Shown: piece after piece, positions 1-9,458 of the stretch | How positions within the stretch are numbered: the first letter of the stretch is position 1 | How the letters are laid out: the number at the start of each line of letters is the position of its first letter | Source: Acidobacteriota bacterium | Lineage (GTDB): Bacteria > Acidobacteriota > JAAYUB01 | Assembly (NCBI GenBank): GCA_016935015.1 | Contig: JAFGRT010000122.1 | Span: 76,310 to 140,309, forward strand | Direction: 5' to 3' | DNA: 64,000 nt | Position numbers and translations under genes: made by a program | Notes under the pieces: generated by a model | The model's database searches: none | The model's input: the letters and a program-made list of their open reading frames with translations, nothing else | What the model was told of the DNA's origin: nothing

Positions 1-2018
1 TTCAGGTAACTGGTGATGGAAGCGTTTTCGGATCGCTCATCGGCAGAAGTCGCCGCCCGGCGAACGGTGCTGCCGCTATCGGTGTAAGCGGCCAGACTGC
101 GCGACTGGCCGCGGGACGAATAGTCAGAAGCCGATGGAGAGGGCTCCTTTCGTTCTTTGCTGCGTGTTGTCGAACTGGAAGATTGCGAGCGGGACGAGCT
201 GGAACTGGACTGGCTGCGGGTGCTGGACTGCGAGCGCGTGGTGGTGGAACGGGATTGGGAACGGGTGGTGGTGGTCGAGCCGCTGCCGGCACTGCGTGAA
301 CTGGACGAGACTCCCGAGCGATTTCCGGACGTACTGCGCGAGGAAGAAGAGACCGAGTCCCTGCTTCGCACGTTACTCGGAGTGACACTCGAGCGACCGG
401 ACGAGTAGCGCTGAATATCCGTGCCTGACCGTGACGTTACGCTGGGTTCTGAGACCCGACGGGAACGGGACCGATCCTGCACATTGTCTTGACTGACGGC
501 CGGCCGGCCGCGGTTCAGTGACTCGTTGGAGGAATACACCCCGCCGGTGCGAGTGGTCGCGGAGCGGTTGCTGAACGAGGCGCTGTTCCGGCTTCGGTCC
601 GTGGATGAAATGGACGGCGTGGCTTGCCCCCGATTGTTCTCGGTACTCAGGGACCTGGAACGTCCGCTGCTGTCCGGCGATGGGGTCAACCCGCCAGCCG
701 ACCGGGTTCGGGTGTACTCCCGCTGCTCTGCCCGGGCCGGATCCACCTTGGGAACGGTCTGCACCATCCGCTCACGCTGGAACAACTGCCGGGTGACCTG
801 TTCATCCGGTCGGAAGATCGTTGCCGCTTCGCTGCGGGCCTGGGTTCTCGAGATGGCATTGCCGCTGTAAATTCCTCGACCAATGGGCTTCCCGCGCCGG
901 AAATCATCTTCATTCACATAAGTCACGGCGTCGCTGTGTCGGCCATTCGCCAGGTTGTAGTAGTTGTTGACGGTGACGTAGTTGTTCTGGATGAAGGTTC
1001 GATGATGTCCCCAGCCGTGATAGTAGCCGTAGTAATAGTCGCCCGGTCCCAGGGGCAACCAGCCGACATAGCCGTAACCAATGCTGAATCGCACCAGTCC
1101 GGGTGACCAGTGGTGAATGCCCCAATAATTCCCGGGCATCCAGACCCAACCGAAAGAATGGTGATGGTGCCAGCGGCCGTAATGATACGGCAGCCAGCCC
1201 CACGGATCATAGGAGATCCAGGTCCAGCCCCAGCGGTGCGTGTACCGCCAGTAGCCGTAACGGTAGGGTGCCCACCCCGCAACGTACGCCGTGGGGGCCC
1301 AGCAATAGCCGTAATCAGCAATGTAATACCAGCGTCCGTGACTATCCAGATCATAGGCCCCGTAACGCACCCCCATATCTTCGGGCAGATAGCGCTTGGA
1401 TTCGATGGAGGCGTAGCGGGAATCCCGCCGTTCGCTCCAGTTGTCGAAGGCATCCATCCGGTCGGCGTTGCCCTGGACGAACTTGGTGCCATCGGGCGGA
1501 ATGAACAGCCGTCCGTTCTCCCTGACTTGCCGGTTGACGCTGTCGTTGATGAATCGGGCTTCACCGTAGCGAACGATGAGCTCCACGGCTTTATCCTGCA
1601 TGACATTGATCCGGTAAACCCCGGAATCCTTCATGACAACTTCCCCGAGGGGGGTACGGATGAGGTAGTCCACATCGCTGCGCACGTTGACAATCAGTTC
1701 ACCCATGGGAAATTCGACATAGACATAATCCATATCCAGACGCACGAAGGACAGTTCGCTGAACTGGTTCAGACGCAGGAACGAGCCGTCGTCGATCTCT
1801 ATCTCCAGCAGACCGTCCCGGTCCAATACCAACCGATCATTGACCTGCAGGGGCAAATTGACATCCACCGTGCTCCATCCGGTGGTGCCGGCTTCCTGCA
1901 TGCTGACATCTCCATCCACATAACTGACACGTGGAATACGGAGAACATCCTCACCCGCCAGGCAAAAAGAAAGGACCAACATACTCATCAACATGTTCAG
2001 GACGAATCTTTTTGCCAT
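1..2018 (-). CDS. Secreted FecR/DUF6600-like protein with W/Y/G-rich middle region and long Ser/Arg/Thr low-complexity tail (partial, runs off the left edge)
   Basis: Absent from the ORF track because there is no stop in the window. AGGAGG then ATG at 2018; manual translation gives MAKRFVLNMLMSMLVLSFCLAGEDVLRISRVSYVDGDV...WAPYRYGYW...WTWISYDPWGWLPYHYGRW, open to position 3. Confidence 0.8.
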   Translation of the reverse strand, partial: MAKRFVLNMLMSMLVLSFCLAGEDVLRIPRVSYVDGDVSMQEAGTTGWSTVDVNLPLQVNDRLVLDRDGLLEIEIDDGSFLRLNQFSELSFVRLDMDYVYVEFPMGELIVNVRSDVDYLIRTPLGEVVMKDSGVYRINVMQDKAVELIVRYGEARFINDSVNRQVRENGRLFIPPDGTKFVQGNADRMDAFDNWSERRDSRYASIESKRYLPEDMGVRYGAYDLDSHGRWYYIADYGYCWAPTAYVAGWAPYRYGYWRYTHRWGWTWISYDPWGWLPYHYGRWHHHHSFGWVWMPGNYWGIHHWSPGLVRFSIGYGYVGWLPLGPGDYYYGYYHGWGHHRTFIQNNYVTVNNYYNLANGRHSDAVTYVNEDDFRRGKPIGRGIYSGNAISRTQARSEAATIFRPDEQVTRQLFQRERMVQTVPKVDPARAEQREYTRTRSAGGLTPSPDSSGRSRSLSTENNRGQATPSISSTDRSRNSASFSNRSATTRTGGVYSSNESLNRGRPAVSQDNVQDRSRSRRVSEPSVTSRSGTDIQRYSSGRSSVTPSNVRSRDSVSSSSRSTSGNRSGVSSSSRSAGSGSTTTTRSQSRSTTTRSQSSTRSQSSSSSSRSQSSSSTTRSKERKEPSPSASDYSSRGQSRSLAAYTDSGSTVRRAATSADERSENASITSYL

Positions 2019-2076
2019 TGTTCTCCTCCTTCAAAAACTTCGCTCACTTATTCTGATCCGAAAACGAATCTAAAGT

Positions 2077-3105
2077 TCAGTTTTTAGAAGATTTTTTCCA
2101 CAATTTGCGTCCGATTGCGGCAGCGATTCTGTCAATATCCAACAAAAGGGTGGGCAGATCGGCGGGAAACATGGACTGGTCACCATCCGACCAGGCGATG
2201 GAAGGTTGCGGGTGGATCTCGATCATGACGCCGTCGGCGCCGGCGGCGACAGCGGCGCGAGACATGGCCGGCACCAGTTCGCGGCGACCGGTGCCGTGGC
2301 TGGGATCGACGATAACGGGCAAGTGGGTTTCTCGTTTCAAGAACGGGATCGCGCTTAAATCCAGGGTGTTGCGGGTATGATCAGAGACGGTCCGAATACC
2401 TCGCTCACACAGAATGACGTTGCGATTGCCGCTGATGACGATGTACTCGGCCGCCATCAGGAACTCCTCAAGGGTGGCCGCCATACCCCGCTTGAGAAGG
2501 ACGGGTTTGCCCAGCTCACCGACGGCTCTGAGTAGTGAGAAATTGTGCATGTTGCGGGAACCGATCTGAATGACATCCACGATATCGGCCAGCAAGCGCA
2601 GACAGCGATCATCCAGGGCTTCAGTGACCAGCAGCATCCCCATGTTCTTTAACTCCCGAAGGATGGAAAGGCCACTCTCTCCCAGTCCTTGAAAAGAATA
2701 GGGGGAAGTCCGGGGTTTGAAAAGCCCGCCCCGGAAAAATACCAGACCGCTCTTTTGCATGAGAGTCGCCAGTTCACGAGCGATGGGTTCCGATTCGATG
2801 GCGCAAGGACCGGCGATGACATGCACATATTCGCCGCCGATGAGCACATCGGCGAAAGCGATGGTGGTATCGGCAGGATGATAGCGGCGGGACGTAAGCT
2901 GGTAGGGGGTTCCCAGCCGGAATTGATGGGTGACCAGGGCGCTTTCCGCCAGCAAGGTGGCGGCTCGGTCGGATGGATTTTCGGTGATCAGCAAATGACT
3001 TTCGTCGAATTTCACCAGATAACTCTCGACTCCCTCTTTCCGCAGTCGTCCGCGTAAGGTATCGATTCGCTCGGCGTCGGCATAATTGGCAAGTTTGCAA
3101 ATCAT
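2077..3105 (-). CDS. aroF: 3-deoxy-7-phosphoheptulonate (DAHP) synthase, type I-beta
   Basis: Motifs IAGPCAIE, RGGLFKPRTSPYSFQGLG, QIGSRNMHN, LLKRG, CERGIRT, DPSHGTG. Confidence 0.93.
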   Translation of the reverse strand: MICKLANYADAERIDTLRGRLRKEGVESYLVKFDESHLLITENPSDRAATLLAESALVTHQFRLGTPYQLTSRRYHPADTTIAFADVLIGGEYVHVIAGPCAIESEPIARELATLMQKSGLVFFRGGLFKPRTSPYSFQGLGESGLSILRELKNMGMLLVTEALDDRCLRLLADIVDVIQIGSRNMHNFSLLRAVGELGKPVLLKRGMAATLEEFLMAAEYIVISGNRNVILCERGIRTVSDHTRNTLDLSAIPFLKRETHLPVIVDPSHGTGRRELVPAMSRAAVAAGADGVMIEIHPQPSIAWSDGDQSMFPADLPTLLLDIDRIAAAIGRKLWKKSSKN

Positions 3106-3525
3106 GTTTATTTATCCTGAGTGAGAACGCATTATAGTCAAAAAAAGGGGCGATATCAATTTATTTATCTGTACTGTACCGGGGGTTGAATCTCCTGAAT
3201 ATTCGGCATAGTTACTGTTGCGCCAAAAATACAGTTCAATAGTCCGGAGACAGTTTTTCGACAACATACACTGCGCCAAAAAGATGGATGTCGGCGACGA
3301 TGTCGGAGATTTTTGGGGTGGTTATTTTGTAGAGGTGAAGGTATTGTTCTCGGTGCCACCGAAGCAGGCACGACGACACGGATTGCACAAATTATTAGCA
3401 ATTTGTTAAAGTGGCTGAAGAGAGTAAAAATATGGCACCTGCGAACATGAATTTCTCCAAATTATCCACAATTTCTGTTGAATTTTTTTGTGGGCCTCCA
3501 ACTTTTCGTACAGGTGTGATACACG

Positions 3526-4266
3526 TCACTGTATAAAGACCAGACTCTTATATTTTTTCCCTGTTATATCCGATATTTTACGGCTATATCTTGAGATAAA
3601 ACTCGATATATTGGAAGATACTCCGGCAGTGTCTGTTACCTCATCCGGCGGCCGGCGAAGCATGCACGTCTGCAAGGCGACAAATTTCTCCATTTCCGGC
3701 CGCTCGGATGATTCGCCGGGTAAACGGCAGGCTTCGCAGACAACAGCCAGATCCGCGTCCTGAAAAAAGGCCGGCGGATTCTCCCCACTGAACGGTCGAT
3801 GACAACGTCCGCAGACGCCCACATCGGGATGCCATCCTTCCAGCCGCAGCAGCCAGAAGTAGAAATAGAGAAGATCAGCGGGAGTATATCCGCGATGGGC
3901 TATGCATGAAACCAGAGCACTCACCAGACGATAGATTCGGGCACCGTACTGTGGGTCGATTTCCACCGACAAGAGCACTTCGGCCATGTGGGAGCAGAAA
4001 TAGAAATCGGACAGGCGTTCCGGCTGAAGATAAAAGCCTTGGTTGAGGGACGCCTCGAAAAGCCGCCCCAGCTGATGGGGATCGTCGGCGGAAAAGCGGA
4101 TGGATACCAGATTGAAAGGAGAGATGATGCCGTGCAGGGCATTCTGGGGCCGCTTCAGGCCCCGGCAGATCAGTCGTAATTTGCCGCTTTGTCTCGTCAG
4201 GACGACAACGATGGCATCCGACTCGGCGTAAGGGTAGATTCTGAGCACAAAGGCATCATCTTCCAT
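3526..4266 (-). CDS. recO: DNA repair protein RecO
   Basis: N-terminal AFVLRIYPYAESDAIVVVLTRQSGK; Zn finger CGRC...CEAC. Confidence 0.88.
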   Translation of the reverse strand: MEDDAFVLRIYPYAESDAIVVVLTRQSGKLRLICRGLKRPQNALHGIISPFNLVSIRFSADDPHQLGRLFEASLNQGFYLQPERLSDFYFCSHMAEVLLSVEIDPQYGARIYRLVSALVSCIAHRGYTPADLLYFYFWLLRLEGWHPDVGVCGRCHRPFSGENPPAFFQDADLAVVCEACRLPGESSERPEMEKFVALQTCMLRRPPDEVTDTAGVSSNISSFISRYSRKISDITGKKYKSLVFIQ

Positions 4267-4275
4267 GCCGGGCCC

Positions 4276-5655
4276 CTATAATCCGAAAAGGCCGAACAGA
4301 ATGGTCGCCAGACCCAGAAAAGTGGAAAAGCCAATGATGTCATTCAGGGTGGAAACAAATATCGGCGAGGAGAGTGCCGGATCGATCTTGGACCACTTCA
4401 ACAGTAGCGGGATGACGGTGCCCCAGATGGCGGCCAGGGTAATGTTCACGAAAATGGCGATGGCCATAACCAGGCCGATGTAGTAGTTTTGTTCCCAGAA
4501 ATAACCCAGGAATCCGCTGACCAGCCCCGCCAATGCACCCATGGTCACGCCATTGAACAATCCGACCCGCAACTCTTTCCAGATATATTTGCGGATACTC
4601 TCGGACGCCAGCTCACCGATAGCCAGTCCGCGGACTGTTACCGTCATCACCTGATTGCCGGCGTTGCCGGCCATTCCGCCGACGACAGGAAAAAAGAAGG
4701 CGAGGATGACATAGGCACCGATGGTTCCCTGAAAGGCGGAAACCACCCAGGCCGTGACCAGACCGATTCCGAGATAAATGCCCAACCAGGGGATTCTTTT
4801 CCGGATGGAGGAAAAGGCGGGCGAATAGGTATGATCATCGGCGTCCACGCCGGCCAGGTAAAAAATGTCCTCCGTGGCTTCGGCCTTGATAACATCAATG
4901 ATGTCGTCCACAGTGACCACACCCACAATCCGGTTGGCACCATCTACCACCGGGATGGCCAGCAGATTGTACTTGGCCACCTGCCGGGCGACCTCTTCCT
5001 GATCGGTCTCCGTGTTGACGCTGATGACATTGGTGCGCATGATCTTTTTGAGCGGCAGCCCAGGGGCGTGCAGCAGGAAATGCTTGAGGGACATGACCCC
5101 CACCAGCCGATCCTGCGGATCCACCACATAGATGTAAAAGAACACAGCCGTGTCCTCCCGGGCCTGGATCACCTGAATAGCCTCGCCCACCGTCTGGTCC
5201 TCCCGGAGAGCCAGGAAATCGGTGTTCATGATACGGCCGGCTGTTTCCTCTTCATATTTCAGGAGATCACGCACGGAGGATGATTCTTCGCTGCTCATCA
5301 GGTCCAGGATTTGCCGGGAATCCTCCTCCGGCATGGCCCCCAGGAGTTCCGCCGCATCATCACTGTCCATCTCTTGCAGGACCTTGACCCGCTTCACCAG
5401 CGACAACGTGGACAAGGTCTGTACCCCCTTGACCACGCCCATTTCACTCACAGACTCGGCCGCCAGTTCAAGGTCCATGTCACAAAGCATGTCGACCAGG
5501 CGTGTCCGCTCCGTATCCATCAGGCTATGCAGCACATAGGCAATATCCGCCGAATGTATTTTGCGCAGGATGTTGGCCACATGCTTGAAATCCTTGCGGC
5601 GAATCAGTTTCTTCACCGATTCGAGCAGAACGATGAGTTTTCGGCTGTGTGTCAT
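4276..5655 (-). CDS. mgtE: Magnesium transporter MgtE
   Basis: MgtE N-domain, CBS pair (TAGRIMNT, YNLLAIPVVD, VTVDD) and TM domain with GNAGNQ and DPALSSPIFVSTLND. Confidence 0.95.
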   Translation of the reverse strand: MTHSRKLIVLLESVKKLIRRKDFKHVANILRKIHSADIAYVLHSLMDTERTRLVDMLCDMDLELAAESVSEMGVVKGVQTLSTLSLVKRVKVLQEMDSDDAAELLGAMPEEDSRQILDLMSSEESSSVRDLLKYEEETAGRIMNTDFLALREDQTVGEAIQVIQAREDTAVFFYIYVVDPQDRLVGVMSLKHFLLHAPGLPLKKIMRTNVISVNTETDQEEVARQVAKYNLLAIPVVDGANRIVGVVTVDDIIDVIKAEATEDIFYLAGVDADDHTYSPAFSSIRKRIPWLGIYLGIGLVTAWVVSAFQGTIGAYVILAFFFPVVGGMAGNAGNQVMTVTVRGLAIGELASESIRKYIWKELRVGLFNGVTMGALAGLVSGFLGYFWEQNYYIGLVMAIAIFVNITLAAIWGTVIPLLLKWSKIDPALSSPIFVSTLNDIIGFSTFLGLATILFGLFGL

Positions 5656-5961
5656 GACAACACCTGCAGGTTTTGTTCTCGGGCAGGCTTACCTTGCCCC
5701 ACCGCTTCCGGTGAAAACAGAACGGTCTGAACGATGGCAGCTGTCTCGCTGCGATCACACAATACAATCGGAAGGAATTCCGGTGATTGCGGGCGATCGG
5801 ATATTCGGTCCATTTTCGAAATTCATTGTAATGAATGGATGAACCTGCGGTCAACAACAAGTGTACGATTTAAAAAAATAGACCGGATGCCAACCGAATC
5901 CGCTTGTCAGTCGTATTATGGAATAGAGCGCCTGGCTGACATAGCAGAGAGGGGTACGATC

Positions 5962-6204
5962 ATGGGACAGAGCCTCCCGGGAATACCAAAAGACCTACTG
6001 CTCCATCGTATTATGGACTACCTGGAGCTGCTGAATGAAAGTGATCGAAAGATGTTCATTATGAGGCATTACCAGGGACGATCCGAATCGGAGATTAGTC
6101 GCTCCCTGAAAATTTCGGCCCGTAAGGTACACCGTTCTCTGGATCACTCCTCCCGTCGTATGTTCAGGCATCTGCGTTCTCTTCGCCAAAAACTCTGTCA
6201 CTAG
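5962..6204 (+). CDS. Small stand-alone sigma-70 region-4 HTH protein (~80 aa)
   Basis: AGAGGGG then ATG 5962, in frame with track ORF 5734-6204; LNESDRKMFIMRHYQGRSESEISRSLKISARKVHRSL matches the sigma70 r4 pattern. Confidence 0.65.
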   Translation: MGQSLPGIPKDLLLHRIMDYLELLNESDRKMFIMRHYQGRSESEISRSLKISARKVHRSLDHSSRRMFRHLRSLRQKLCH

Positions 6205-6333
6205 GCACGTCCACCCATTCCAACATTCCGTCTGCCGATCGTTTCGGGGCCCCGATCCGCCGTGATGGCGCACTTTTTTCCCGCTTGCCCGCCCCGGCGC
6301 TTTCTGATAGACTTTGGCACCATTGGAGGCGAG

Positions 6334-7365
6334 ATGCGATCCACCTATAAAACCTATGCTCGCATTGTCGAAAAGTTCAAGAGTCTGACCATTCTCCATC
6401 TGGGGGATCTTGTTCTGGATCAGTTCTTGTTTGGGGAAATCTCCCGCATCTCCCGGGAAGCCCCCGTCCTGATCCTGAAGTACAGGGAAACCATCAACAT
6501 CCCCGGCGGCGGCGCCAACGCCATCCACAACCTGCTGACGCTTGGCGCACGGGTGCTGCCCATCGGTGCGCTGGGCCGGGACGAAGCCGGTGGCTGGTTG
6601 TACAAATTTTTCCGTGACATGGGCGTGGATGTGACGGGCATCATGCGCAAGGACGAATATTGCACCCCCGTCAAAACCCGCATTTTGGCCGGGGCGTTTC
6701 ATTCCTCCATGCAACAGATGCTGCGCATCGACCGTGAAAACGTCCGGACGCAGCCCATCTGTTCCGTCCAAGAAATCACCCGTTCGCTGGAAAAGTTCTT
6801 GCCTCAGGTCAACGCCGTCATGATTTCTGATTACGGCTACGGCTTCATTCATGAACACTGTTTTGAACTGCTGCGGGACCACTGCCGCCAGCGGGGTATC
6901 CCCATCATCGTTGACAGCCGCTTCGAAATGCGCCGCTTCAAGGAAGTAACCAGCGTAACTCCGAACATCTCCGAAGTGGAAGAATCTTACCAGACACCCA
7001 TCGGCGAAGATCTGAGCAAAATGGACAAGCTGGCGGCCAAAATCCTCAAGGAATTACACCTGGAGGCGCTGCTCATCACCCGGGGACGCTACGGGATGTC
7101 CCTCTATCAGAAGAAGGAGAAACCAGCCCATATTTCCGTTTTCGGATCCGACGAAGTGTCTGATGTCACGGGTGCCGGCGATACGGTCATCTCGGTCTAT
7201 ACCCTGGCCCTGGCCGCCGGAGCCGATTTCGAGACGGCCGCCCGGCTGTCCAATTACGCCGGTGGCATCGTGGTCATGAAACGTGGTACGGCCACCGTCT
7301 CCACCAAGGAGCTGATGAGTGCCATCCGCAGTGATTTTCGCGAGCGGAAACTCCAGACCATATGA
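6334..7365 (+). CDS. hldA: D-glycero-beta-D-manno-heptose-7-phosphate kinase (PfkB family, HldE domain I)
   Basis: GDLVLDQF, RISREAPV, PGGGANA, SDYGYG, TPNISE, DVTGAGDTV; GGAGG before ATG 6334. Confidence 0.88.
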   Translation: MRSTYKTYARIVEKFKSLTILHLGDLVLDQFLFGEISRISREAPVLILKYRETINIPGGGANAIHNLLTLGARVLPIGALGRDEAGGWLYKFFRDMGVDVTGIMRKDEYCTPVKTRILAGAFHSSMQQMLRIDRENVRTQPICSVQEITRSLEKFLPQVNAVMISDYGYGFIHEHCFELLRDHCRQRGIPIIVDSRFEMRRFKEVTSVTPNISEVEESYQTPIGEDLSKMDKLAAKILKELHLEALLITRGRYGMSLYQKKEKPAHISVFGSDEVSDVTGAGDTVISVYTLALAAGADFETAARLSNYAGGIVVMKRGTATVSTKELMSAIRSDFRERKLQTI

Positions 7366-7841
7366 AAAAGAAAATCGTCACGGCAGCCGAAGCAGAGGCG
7401 ATCATCCGCCAAACAAGACGCGAAGGCAAGGTCGTGGTCATGGCCAACGGATGCTTCGACCTGATTCACGTCGGCCATATCCGCTATCTGCAGGCTGCCC
7501 GCCAAATGGGTGACCTGCTGGTGGTGGCCCTCAACAGTGATGCCGGCATCCGGCAACTCAAGGGCAGCGGCCGCCCGATTATGAACCAACACGACCGCTC
7601 CGTTATTCTGGCGGCCATGGAAATGGTGGACTGGATCGTCATTTTCGACGAACCGGATGTCCGGGCCTTGCTGCGCCGTCTTCGACCGGACATCCAGGTC
7701 AAAGGAACGGATTACACCGAAGAGACCGTTCCGGAAAGGGAAGTCGTGCTCGGCTACGGCGGCCGCGTCCGAATCGCCGGCGATCCCAAGGATCATTCCA
7801 CCCGGGATCTGATTGCCGACATCATTGCTCATCATGAATGA
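7362..7841 (+). CDS. hldC: D-glycero-beta-D-manno-heptose-1-phosphate adenylyltransferase (HldE domain II)
   Basis: ANGCFDLIHVGHIRYL, VALNSD, KGSGRP, VKGTDY; ATGA overlap with the upstream gene. Confidence 0.9.
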   Translation: MKKKIVTAAEAEAIIRQTRREGKVVVMANGCFDLIHVGHIRYLQAARQMGDLLVVALNSDAGIRQLKGSGRPIMNQHDRSVILAAMEMVDWIVIFDEPDVRALLRRLRPDIQVKGTDYTEETVPEREVVLGYGGRVRIAGDPKDHSTRDLIADIIAHHE

Positions 7842-8880
7842 TGGCTTTGCGAACATTCTGGTGATTAAGCTCAGTGCGTTGGGGGACATCGTCCATGCCG
7901 TCCCCGCGGTCAACGCCCTGAAACGCACCTTTCCCGCCAGCCGACTGCACTGGTGTGTGGAGGCCCATTGTTCCGTACTGGTCGAACACCTGGCCTGTGT
8001 GGACCGGGTCCATACGGCCCACACCCGGATGTGGCGTCGGGGTAAGAGGTGGACGGGAAGTCAGGGCATGTATCGTTTCATCGCCGGTTTGCGGGACATC
8101 GGCTTCGATGTCTGCCTGGATTTCCAGGGGCTGCTGAAATCCGCTGTTCTGGCAAGGCTTTCCGGCAGCCGGGAACGCATCGGTTGGGAGAAATCCTTGC
8201 TGCGGGAATCCTTGGCTCGACATCTGTACACGCGGACTGTCGGGAATATCGCCTTCGATACACACATGATTGAACAGTGCGCGGCGCAGGTTAAAACGAT
8301 GGGTGTTGTCGCTGTTCCATGGGAATTTCCGTTCCGGCTGCCCGGAACCGCCATCGCTGCAGCCGAAAGTTTTCGCCAATCCCTGCCCCGGGAAACGTAC
8401 GTGCTGCTGAACCCCGGTGCCGGCTGGCCGACCAAGCGCTGGCCGGCCACACTCTTCGGCGAACTGTCCCGACGGATGGAGCATGAGTTGAATCTGACTC
8501 CCGTGATCACCTATGGTCCTGGGGAGGAGCCGCTCCTAGAGGAAATTCGGACGATCTGTCCCGAAGTTGTTCCCGCACCGCTGGGACTGATGGAATTCAT
8601 GGCGATATGCCGGCAGGCCCGCTGCTTTGTCGGCGGTGACACCGGCCCCATGCACCTGGCTTCCGCCGTCGGCACTCCGGTGGTGGCGATGTTCGGTCCT
8701 TCCCTGCCCTCCCGGAACGGGCCGTTCGCCGCAGATGATATCGTCATGTGGCGCGACCTGCCCTGCGCCGGATCGTACCGCCGTCATTGTGATGACTGGC
8801 GCTGCATGGATTTTACCGTCGCTGAAGTTTTCGCCGCGGTGGAACAACGAATCCAGCGGAGGGAATCCCATGGAATGTAA
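7834..8880 (+). CDS. waaC: LPS heptosyltransferase (GT9, WaaC-like)
   Basis: ILVIKLSALGDIVH, DFQGLLKSA, NPGAGWPTKRWP, GGDTGPMHLASAVGTP; follows the heptose biosynthesis genes. Confidence 0.85.
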   Translation: MNDGFANILVIKLSALGDIVHAVPAVNALKRTFPASRLHWCVEAHCSVLVEHLACVDRVHTAHTRMWRRGKRWTGSQGMYRFIAGLRDIGFDVCLDFQGLLKSAVLARLSGSRERIGWEKSLLRESLARHLYTRTVGNIAFDTHMIEQCAAQVKTMGVVAVPWEFPFRLPGTAIAAAESFRQSLPRETYVLLNPGAGWPTKRWPATLFGELSRRMEHELNLTPVITYGPGEEPLLEEIRTICPEVVPAPLGLMEFMAICRQARCFVGGDTGPMHLASAVGTPVVAMFGPSLPSRNGPFAADDIVMWRDLPCAGSYRRHCDDWRCMDFTVAEVFAAVEQRIQRRESHGM

Positions 8881-9412
8881 GGTATGGCTGCAAAAATGGC
8901 GCGTACCGCTCGGATTTGCCTTCGCCCTGGTCTTCTTTTTGTTAAGCCGTCCAGACTGGCACCTGCTCCTGGTGGGTGCACCCTCGATCGTCGCCGGCCT
9001 GTGGGTCCGCGTCTGGGCGGCCGGTCATATCCGCAAGAGCAAGGAAATCACCCGGAGCGGCCCCTACGCCCAGAGTCGCAATCCACTGTATCTGGGCAGC
9101 TTTCTCTTGGGCCTCGGCTTTTCTCTGCAGAGCGGGTTGTGGTTCTTTCCTCTGCTCTTCATCATCCTGTTTTTTGCCATTTACTTGCCGGTAATGCGGC
9201 GCGAGGAATGGGAGCTGCAGCGCGTGTTCGGCGAGGAATTTGATCGCTACCGCCAGGCTGTCGCCCTGTTCTGGCCTTGGCCCGGCCGGACGATCGATGC
9301 CGCGGGACGATTCTCCCGGCGGCAGGCTGTGCGGAATCGTGAATACAATTCTCTCTTTGGCGCTCTGGCGGCGGAGGGTATCCTTATGGCCAAGATCGTG
9401 TTTTTTTCATGA
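8870..9412 (+). CDS. ICMT/PEMT-family membrane methyltransferase
   Basis: GLWVRVWAAGH, SGPYAQSRNPLYLGS, EEWELQRVFGEEFDRY; ATG 8870 overlaps the end of waaC. Confidence 0.82.
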   Translation: MECKVWLQKWRVPLGFAFALVFFLLSRPDWHLLLVGAPSIVAGLWVRVWAAGHIRKSKEITRSGPYAQSRNPLYLGSFLLGLGFSLQSGLWFFPLLFIILFFAIYLPVMRREEWELQRVFGEEFDRYRQAVALFWPWPGRTIDAAGRFSRRQAVRNREYNSLFGALAAEGILMAKIVFFS

Positions 9413-9458
9413 GGCGCTGCACTGGCATTGACCGTAAATCCGCGCCAACGGAAACACC

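Noticed and set aside
1110..2087. Plus-strand 325-aa ORF and other long antisense ORFs (10233-12086, 16210-17628, 39978-41687)
   Set aside because: Shadow ORFs opposite well-supported genes in GC-rich DNA.
3165..3409. Small ORFs in the recO-aroF gap
   Set aside because: No RBS, atypical composition and no recognisable motif.
5656..5961. Mg-sensing M-box riboswitch upstream of mgtE
   Set aside because: No recognisable conserved motif or terminator by eye; an Rfam search would be needed.
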